Shown here one piece after another: positions 26,002 through 32,000 of a DNA stretch of 32,000 nt. The notes below the pieces were generated by a model. That model was not told the origin of the DNA. It did no database searches and worked only from the letters and a program-made list of their open reading frames with translations. Origin of the DNA: Aeropyrum pernix K1 (GTDB lineage Archaea; Thermoproteota; Thermoprotei_A; Sulfolobales; Acidilobaceae); the NCBI RefSeq assembly GCF_000011125.1, contig NC_000854.2, forward strand, positions 360,001 to 392,000. Direction: 5' to 3'. A program made the position numbers and the translations under genes. How positions within the stretch are numbered: the stretch's first letter is position 1; each line of letters begins with the position of its first letter.

Positions 26002-27274
26002 CTCCCTTCACCGCCTCAACACGCGCTCCAAGCCTCGCGAGGTCCTCCAGGAAGCCGGGGTAGGAGTCGGGCACCCTGGAGAAGCCCTCCACAGCCACAG
26101 GCCTTCTAGCCCCCAGGCCTGCAACGGCCATTGCCATGGCTATCCTGTGGTCTCCCCAGGACCTCGCAACTCCCCCCTCAACACCGCCCCCCCGGATCTC
26201 GAGGATCCCGCCTCTGACCCTCGCCTCCACACCCAGCCTCGCTAGGTTCCAGGCTATGGCTGAGAGCCTGTCGCTCTCCTTATACTTCAGCCTCTCTAGC
26301 CCCCTTAGCCTGCTCACCCCCCGGGCGTAGGCGGCTAGGACCGCCGCAACCGGGGCTAGGTCGGGGGAGCCGTCCAGGTCTACATCAACAGGCTCCAGAG
26401 GGCCCGTCGACTCCACCGCCACGACACCACCCTCCACGCGGACCCTAGCACCCATGCTCCTGAGCAGCTCCACTATCCTCCTGTCAGGCTGAGGGTCGAC
26501 AGGCCTCAGCCCCTCCACCTCGACCCTCCCCGCTATGGCGCCCGCGGCGAGCATGAAGGAGGCGGAGCTGTAGTCGCCGGGGACCGCGGCGTCGACAGGC
26601 TTCGGAGTGCCCCTGAGGCGGAAGAGCCTGTACCCCTCCCTCTCCACCCTCACCCCGAACATGGAGAGGCTCTCCAGCGTTATGTCCACGTACCCCCTGC
26701 TAGACAGCCTGGCGGCGGAGAGCTCGAACTCGCCGAGGCGGGAGCCGGCTATGAGCAGGCTCGTGGCGAACTGGCTGCTGATAGCCGCGTCAACCTCCAC
26801 GCTAGCCCGCCTTAGGGGGCCGGAGACCTTGACGGGGGGGTTGCCGCCAGTGTCGCATACCCGGGCCCCCATGCTCCTCAGGGCCTCTGAGAGGGGGTGG
26901 ACGGGCCTCCTGTTGAGGCTCTCGTCGCCGTATAGCAGCGTGGCCTCGGCGCTGTGGGCAGCCACACCCATGGCTATCCTAATCGTCGTACCACTGCCCG
27001 CGGCGTACACCACGGCACCACCCCTAACCTCTCCCCCCTCAACCTCGGCCACACCCCTCCCCAGCCGGGGCTTCCCGCCGAGGAGGGCTACGGCGTTCAG
27101 GGTTGCTAGGGTGTCGTTGGAAACCAGGGGCCTCCTTACCACGCTCCTGCCGCGGGCTAGAAGCGCCAGGAAGAGCATCCTGTGGGTGTAGCTCTTCGAT
27201 GGCGGCGCCTCGACCCTGCCCTCCACGGTTGAGGGGTGGACAACCACTCTGTCTGGAGCCCTCAGCCACACCAT
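25991..27274 (-). CDS. aroA: 5-enolpyruvylshikimate-3-phosphate synthase
   Basis: 427 aa. PPSKSYTHRMLFLALLARG, AGSGTTIRIAMGVAA, LKYKESDRLSAIAWNL, SWGDHRIAMAMAVAGL. Confidence 0.96.
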   Translation of the reverse strand: MVWLRAPDRVVVHPSTVEGRVEAPPSKSYTHRMLFLALLARGRSVVRRPLVSNDTLATLNAVALLGGKPRLGRGVAEVEGGEVRGGAVVYAAGSGTTIRIAMGVAAHSAEATLLYGDESLNRRPVHPLSEALRSMGARVCDTGGNPPVKVSGPLRRASVEVDAAISSQFATSLLIAGSRLGEFELSAARLSSRGYVDITLESLSMFGVRVEREGYRLFRLRGTPKPVDAAVPGDYSSASFMLAAGAIAGRVEVEGLRPVDPQPDRRIVELLRSMGARVRVEGGVVAVESTGPLEPVDVDLDGSPDLAPVAAVLAAYARGVSRLRGLERLKYKESDRLSAIAWNLARLGVEARVRGGILEIRGGGVEGGVARSWGDHRIAMAMAVAGLGARRPVAVEGFSRVPDSYPGFLEDLARLGARVEAVKGGGV

Positions 27275-28104
27275 TTGAACCTCGCCTCCACCACCTCGTA
27301 GCCCGCCGTCTCGAGGACCTCAGCCGCCCCCCGCGGCCTCTCGGTGAGGGCGAAGACGGCGGGCCCCTTCCCAGTGACCCCGGCCGCGGCTGCACCGGCC
27401 TCGTAGAGCCTAGACGCCAGCCCCTCGACCCCTAGTGCCAGGGCCCCGGCAACCCCGCTTACAGCCATGGCGGGGAGCCACTCCCCGGCGAGGCCAAGCC
27501 TGGCCGCGGCGTCGTACAGCCTAGAGTGCCTCCTGAACGGGGAGGGGTCGAGATTCTCCACCGGGTTCTCGACGCCGGGCACCCCTATGACGGCGGTTAG
27601 GCGGCAGCCGTCCCGGGGGAGCAGCCTCAGTATAGCCATGCCCCTGTTGTCGGTGATCACAGGCGCCTCAAGCAGGCTGGCCGCGTGGTCGTCTAGCGCG
27701 CCCGTCACGCTCAGGCCCGCCCCCCTGCTGACCCTTGCGGCCGCGAGGGCCGCCCTCCAAGGGGGGGCTCTAACCCCCTTCAGCCTCAACACAGCCTCTA
27801 CCAGCGAGGCCAGGAGGGCGGCGCTCCCCTTAAGCCCCACCCCTGGGGGGAAGCCAGTGTGGACCTCGGCTTCCAGGCCCTCTACGCAGGCTCCCAGGCT
27901 GCAGGCAGCGGTGGCAGCGGCCTCCAGCACACGGGGGGGCAGCCTCCTCTCGCCCCGGGGGGTCAGGCTAACCCCCGCCCAGAGGCCCCTCGCCTCCCGC
28001 ACCCTGCTCTCCACCCAGAGGCCCAGCCCCGCCGCCCCGCCGAGCCTGCCGTGGCCGATCGCGTTCACTATGGTGAGCCCCCCGCTCGCCCTGGCTCTAG
28101 CCAT
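27262..28104 (-). CDS. aroK: Archaeal shikimate kinase (GHMP kinase family)
   Basis: 280 aa. GFPPGVGLKGSAALLASLVEAVL GHMP ATP-binding motif, AGAAAAGVTGKGPAVFALT. Located between aroE and aroA. Confidence 0.9.
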   Translation of the reverse strand: MARARASGGLTIVNAIGHGRLGGAAGLGLWVESRVREARGLWAGVSLTPRGERRLPPRVLEAAATAACSLGACVEGLEAEVHTGFPPGVGLKGSAALLASLVEAVLRLKGVRAPPWRAALAAARVSRGAGLSVTGALDDHAASLLEAPVITDNRGMAILRLLPRDGCRLTAVIGVPGVENPVENLDPSPFRRHSRLYDAAARLGLAGEWLPAMAVSGVAGALALGVEGLASRLYEAGAAAAGVTGKGPAVFALTERPRGAAEVLETAGYEVVEARFKWCG

Positions 28105-28925
28105 TAGCCTCGACCCCCACGCATGGCCTCGAGGGCGTAGGTCCTCAGCTCAACCGGGCTGGCCTCCAGCCCTAGCCAGACCGCTATGTTCTCAGCGGCC
28201 TGGATCGCCAGCATCCAGAGGCCGTCCACGGGGGTGCAGCCGCTGGCCGCCGCCCGCCTGAGGAAGGGTGTGGCGAGGGGCCTGTACACCATGTCCACCG
28301 CTATACACCCCTCCCTGAACCCCCTCTCTACGGGTGTGGAGACGCCGTCCCAGCCCAGGGGGGTGGCGTTGACGACGACGTCCGAGGCTGCCGCAGCATC
28401 CTCAAGCCCACCCGGGGGTACGGGCTCCACCTCGGCCCCCAGGCCGGCAAGATCCTGGGCCGCCCTCCTGGCTGTGAGGCCTGTCCTGCTCGCTATCAGG
28501 ACCCTCCCCGCCCCCCAGGTTGCCAGGGCATAGGCCGCCGCCCTCCCCGCGCCCCCCGCGCCTATGACGAGGGCGGTGTCCGGGGGTGATGCTGTGTAGA
28601 GCTTGAGGGAGTCTAGGAAGCCCTTCCAGTCGGTGTTGAACCCCTCCCACCCCTCCTCGCCAGCCACCATAGTGTTAACCGCCCCTATGGCCCTGGCGTG
28701 GCTGTCTAGGGTTGAGGCCAGCGAGAGGGCCTCCCTCTTCAGGGGTTTGGTGACGTTGAAGCCGTGCAGCTCCCCCGCCATCCTCAGGGCGGGGGCGAGG
28801 CCCCCGGGGCCGGCCTCGTAAACCCTGTACTCGAGCCTCAGCCCCCTCTTCGCCGCGAACCCCCTGTAGATCGCCGGGCTCAGGCTGGAGCTGACGCCAG
28901 AGCCGAAGAGCGCGAGCCTGATCAA
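28104..28925 (-). CDS. aroE: Shikimate dehydrogenase
   Basis: 273 aa. LFGSGVSSSLSPAIYRGFAAKRGL, GFNVTKPLKREAL, GAVNTMVAGEEGWEGFNTDWKGFL, VIGAGGAGRAAAYAL. Confidence 0.95.
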   Translation of the reverse strand: MIRLALFGSGVSSSLSPAIYRGFAAKRGLRLEYRVYEAGPGGLAPALRMAGELHGFNVTKPLKREALSLASTLDSHARAIGAVNTMVAGEEGWEGFNTDWKGFLDSLKLYTASPPDTALVIGAGGAGRAAAYALATWGAGRVLIASRTGLTARRAAQDLAGLGAEVEPVPPGGLEDAAAASDVVVNATPLGWDGVSTPVERGFREGCIAVDMVYRPLATPFLRRAAASGCTPVDGLWMLAIQAAENIAVWLGLEASPVELRTYALEAMRGGRG

Positions 28926-29590
28926 CTCTCCCCCAACCCCATCCTCAGGTACAGCTCCATTATCTCGCTGCTCTGGGGGACGCCGTCTAGGGGGGCGCGG
29001 GGGTGGGAGCCGAAGACCAGGGGGGCGCCGAGGGCTAGGGCTGTGAGCCTTGAAGCCAGCGTCCCGGGGCCTAGGGTGAAGGAGGTGGCGAAGCCCCCCG
29101 CCTCCGCCACCAGCCTGGCGGCGGCAGCCTGCTCCCAGGGCTCAACACCGGGGTAGACTAGCTTGTAGGCCGAGGCCCCAAGCCTCTCCGCCACGGCAGC
29201 CTCCTCCAGGGCCCTGCGGGGGGTGGGTGGTGTTGTGGGGTGGCTGCTTGCTATGCATCCTGAGCAGCCGCTGGAGGCGTGGAGGTCCTCCACCTCATAG
29301 TCGACCAGCCACCCCTCGGGGGCGAGGTCCTCGAGCCGGGCCAGCACAGCCCTCCTCTCCCCCCTCGCCCTCCTATCCAGCCCTCCGTGGCCAGCGCTCC
29401 TGAGGGTCACAACAACCCTGGCGGGGCTGTGGAGGCGGGTGGCGAGCAGCTCCAACGCCTCCCCCGGGTCTCCCGGGTAGAAGTCGAGCCTCAGCTCCAC
29501 GCAGCCGGTGGGGGATGAGAGGGCTAGCATGGCCGCCTCCCCGGCATCCTCCACGGGGACTACCGTGCATATCCTCCCAGAAGCCCCCAC
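28922..29590 (-). CDS. aroD: 3-dehydroquinate dehydratase (type I)
   Basis: 222 aa. CVELRLDFYPGDPGEAL, VDYEVEDL, SSHPTTPPTPRR, ASAYKLVYPGVEPWEQAAAARL, PLVFGSHPRAPLDGVPQSSEIM. Confidence 0.9.
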   Translation of the reverse strand: MGASGRICTVVPVEDAGEAAMLALSSPTGCVELRLDFYPGDPGEALELLATRLHSPARVVVTLRSAGHGGLDRRARGERRAVLARLEDLAPEGWLVDYEVEDLHASSGCSGCIASSHPTTPPTPRRALEEAAVAERLGASAYKLVYPGVEPWEQAAAARLVAEAGGFATSFTLGPGTLASRLTALALGAPLVFGSHPRAPLDGVPQSSEIMELYLRMGLGES

Positions 29591-29596
29591 AACCCC

Positions 29597-30673
29597 TCAC
29601 CCCCCGCCCCACAGCTCCACCATTAGCCGGGAGACCGTCTCCACCGGAACCCTGGAGAGCCTGGGCCTCCCGAGCCTCTCCAGAAGGGGCATGACTATGC
29701 TGCCCCCCTCCCTCTTCTTGTCTAGGCCCACAAGCCCCGCGGCCTCCCCAGCCAGGCCGGGAGGGGGCTCTAGGGGGAGGCCTGCCGTGGACAGCATGTC
29801 GAGGACATCCTCAGCCTCACCGCGGGGGAGGCCTGCCAGCCTCCTGCTGAGCTCAAGCTCCCCAGCCAGGCCTATGGAGACGGACCTGCCGTGGCTAAGG
29901 GTGTAGCTTGAGGCCGCCTCGAGGGCGTGGCCTATGGTGTGGCCCAGGTTTAGTATCCTCCTCAAACCCCTCTCCCTCGGGTCTCCAGCGACCACCTGCA
30001 TCTTGTATCCCAGGCTCCAGAAGGCCAGCCTGGCCAGCGGGGCGGGCCGCCTGGCGAGGGCTTGGGGGAGGAGGCTGGCGGCGGGCTCCCTGTCGCCCGA
30101 GAGGGCCACGTGCTTAACAAGCTCGGCGAAGCCGTCCCTATAGCCCTCATCCGGCTGCCCAGCCACTATGCCAGGCTCCACCAGGACCATCCTGGGATTG
30201 TGGAACGTGCCCACCATGTTCTTCCCCCTCAGGTTGACCCCGGTCTTGCCCCCGGCGGCCGCGTCGAAGGCTGCGAGTGTCGTGGAGGGTATGTTAACCG
30301 TGGATAGGCCTCTCATGAGTGTTGACGCGGCGAAGCCTGCGGCGTCCAGGAGGGCGCCCCCGCCTATTATGTAGACGGTTGTCGACCTCTCCACCCCGGC
30401 CTGGAGCATGAGGTCCCAGAGCCTCGTAACCCAGTCTAGACTCTTCACCCGCTCTCCGCCCCCCGCCACGGCGCCCAGGACCTCTACCCCCCGGGCCTCC
30501 AGTATCCTGGCCAGCCTTGCTGCCTCGGCGGAGAGGGCCTCCTCATGCACTATATAGGCTGTCCCCCCGGCGGCGCGGGGGGCCTCGGAGAGGGCGCCCA
30601 CACCCGCGGCCACCACCGTCTCCTCATCAACCGAGAGCCTGAACACCCTCCTCTCTACAGCAGCCTGTGCCAC
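29597..30673 (-). CDS. aroB: 3-dehydroquinate synthase
   Basis: 358 aa. [86 protein letters not shown]. Confidence 0.96.
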   Translation of the reverse strand: MAQAAVERRVFRLSVDEETVVAAGVGALSEAPRAAGGTAYIVHEEALSAEAARLARILEARGVEVLGAVAGGGERVKSLDWVTRLWDLMLQAGVERSTTVYIIGGGALLDAAGFAASTLMRGLSTVNIPSTTLAAFDAAAGGKTGVNLRGKNMVGTFHNPRMVLVEPGIVAGQPDEGYRDGFAELVKHVALSGDREPAASLLPQALARRPAPLARLAFWSLGYKMQVVAGDPRERGLRRILNLGHTIGHALEAASSYTLSHGRSVSIGLAGELELSRRLAGLPRGEAEDVLDMLSTAGLPLEPPPGLAGEAAGLVGLDKKREGGSIVMPLLERLGRPRLSRVPVETVSRLMVELWGGG

Positions 30674-31485
30674 CTAAGCTCACCCATCAGCCTGGCGAAC
30701 TCCCCGGGCGTCAACTGCTGTTTGGCGTCGCTCAGAGCCTCCTCAGGGTTGGGGTGGACCTCCACTATCAGCCCGTCCGCCCCTGCTGCCAGCCCGGCCT
30801 TGGCTAGTGCGGGTACGAGGCTCCTCCTGCCCGCAGGGTGGCTCGGGTCCACTATGACAGGCAGGTGTGTCGCCTCCTTCAGAACCGCCACAGCGGCGAC
30901 GTCTAGGGTGAACCTGGTGGAGGGCTCGAAAGTCCTTATACCCCGCTCCACCAGCACGACCTGCCAGTTGCCCTCGAGGAGTATGTACTCCGCCGCGGCC
31001 AGCAGCTCCTCAACAGTGTTGCCGAAACCCCTCTTGAGGAGGACAGGCTTGCCGGACCTGCCCACCTCCCTCAGCAGGGGGAAGTTCTGCATATTCCTAG
31101 CCCCTATCTGCAGCATGTCGGCATAGCGGGACACAGTCTCCACGTGCCGGGGGTCGAGGACCTCAGTCACAACCGGGAGCCCAGCCTCGTCTCCAGCCCT
31201 CCTCAGAAGCTTGAGCCCCTCCAAACCCAGGCCCTGGAAGCTGTACGGGCTCGTCCTAGGCTTGAAGGCTCCGCCCCTCAGCATGTGGGCGCCGGCCTCC
31301 TTCACGGCCAGCGCCGCCTCCCTCACCTGCTCCCACGACTCGACGCTACACGGCCCCGCTATCACAGCCTTGCTCCCACCACCTATCCTTACACCCTCCA
31401 CCTCAACAACGGTCTCCCTGCGCTCCTCACTCTTGAGGGCTAGCTTTACACCCTTGAAACCGGCCACTGGGAGCCACCTCCACAC
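30655..31485 (-). CDS. 3-deoxy-D-arabino-heptulosonate 7-phosphate (DAHP) synthase, AroG Ibeta-like, short form
   Basis: 276 aa. [97 protein letters not shown]. Confidence 0.94.
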   Translation of the reverse strand: MWRWLPVAGFKGVKLALKSEERRETVVEVEGVRIGGGSKAVIAGPCSVESWEQVREAALAVKEAGAHMLRGGAFKPRTSPYSFQGLGLEGLKLLRRAGDEAGLPVVTEVLDPRHVETVSRYADMLQIGARNMQNFPLLREVGRSGKPVLLKRGFGNTVEELLAAAEYILLEGNWQVVLVERGIRTFEPSTRFTLDVAAVAVLKEATHLPVIVDPSHPAGRRSLVPALAKAGLAAGADGLIVEVHPNPEEALSDAKQQLTPGEFARLMGELRWHRLL

Positions 31486-31486
31486 C

Positions 31487-31999
31487 CTAGAGGGCGGCCG
31501 CGAGCCTTCTAACCCTCGCAGCCACGCTCTCCGGGTCGAGACGCAGGTGTCTGAGGAGCGACATGTAGTCTCTGGAGGAGGAGCCGTAGACGCCTGGGGG
31601 CACCCCTATCCTGGCCTGCCGGGCGCAGGCCCCCTCCTCGGCTAGAATGGATGAGACCACATCCCCAAGCCCGCCCACCGTTCTATGCTCCTCAACAGTC
31701 ACGAGCAGCCTAGACCTCTCGGCAGCCTCGAGCACCAGCCTCCTGGGCGCGGGTTTTATGCTGTAGACGTCCACAACGCCGACCCTGAGCCCCTCAGACC
31801 TCAGCAGGGCGGCCGCAGCCAGGGAGACCCCCACCATAGGCCCTGTAGCCAGCAGTGTGACCGCCTCCCCGGGCTCCACGAGGACCTCGCCCCCTCCGGG
31901 CCTGAAGGTGAACTCCTCCTCGCTGTAGACCCTGAAGGCGTTGTCCCTCCCCAGCCTGACGTAGGCCGGCCCCCTATACCTCCTCACAAGCCACTCTAC
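31487..31999 (-). CDS. Transketolase C-terminal subunit, partial (5' end beyond window)
   Basis: [86 protein letters not shown]. Frame stays open to the window edge. Confidence 0.92.
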   Translation of the reverse strand, partial: VEWLVRRYRGPAYVRLGRDNAFRVYSEEEFTFRPGGGEVLVEPGEAVTLLATGPMVGVSLAAAALLRSEGLRVGVVDVYSIKPAPRRLVLEAAERSRLLVTVEEHRTVGGLGDVVSSILAEEGACARQARIGVPPGVYGSSSRDYMSLLRHLRLDPESVAARVRRLAAAL

Positions 32000-32000
32000 A

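Noticed and set aside
23950-30374. Many + strand ORFs of 60-260 aa opposite the aro cluster (e.g. 27467..28261, 25009..25656, 26607..27191)
   Set aside because: Antisense shadows of well-conserved aro genes, caused by high GC. Composition is Ser/Pro/Ala/Arg-rich without recognisable domains.
1-32000. CRISPR arrays, transposases, integrases, toxin-antitoxin or defence genes
   Set aside because: No regularly spaced repeats and no matching protein motifs were seen on reading. The only NikR/CopG-type protein is attached to a metal transporter, not a toxin.

Overview
This 32 kb window is gene-dense, GC-rich archaeal DNA. Protein content (crenarchaeal L13e, L37e, L21e, RpoF, aCPSF1, TtuA, Clp1/Grc3 kinase), frequent GTG/TTG starts and TATA boxes close to start codons suggest a hyperthermophilic crenarchaeon, probably Aeropyrum-like (inference). 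Most of it is well-understood housekeeping sequence. From left to right: the 3' end of aCPSF1/FttA; a PUA protein, LSm and L37e; Xaa-Pro peptidase; acetamidase/formamidase; a divergent high-affinity metal-uptake locus (substrate-binding protein versus ATPase-permease-NikR-like regulator); a GH99-like putative endo-mannosidase with a C-terminal membrane anchor; tRNA-Leu(UAG); TtuA and L13e; a Clp1/Grc3 RNA kinase; an intron-containing tRNA-Asp(GUC); a wHTH protein; an MFS transporter; upp; pus10; and L21e-rpoF-DUF655-rsmA-PrmC-like-TrmJ-THUMP methyltransferase. The right end holds a LivK-like binding protein, a DUF2139-like protein, and a ten-gene transketolase/aromatic amino acid cluster whose gene order follows the pathway order. 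I found no CRISPR array, transposase, defence island or toxin-antitoxin pair. The items most worth a second look are: (1) a 121-nt tRNA-Asp intron with a clean bulge-helix-bulge and long GC stem; (2) two perfect TGTGCACA palindromes, 33 bp apart, bracketing the TATA box of the metal-transporter operon that also encodes a NikR-like protein with altered metal-ligand positions; (3) the membrane-anchored GH99-like protein; (4) unexplained structured non-coding DNA at about 8.75-9.14 and 9.24-9.5 kb. I do not see convincing evidence for a wholly new system.
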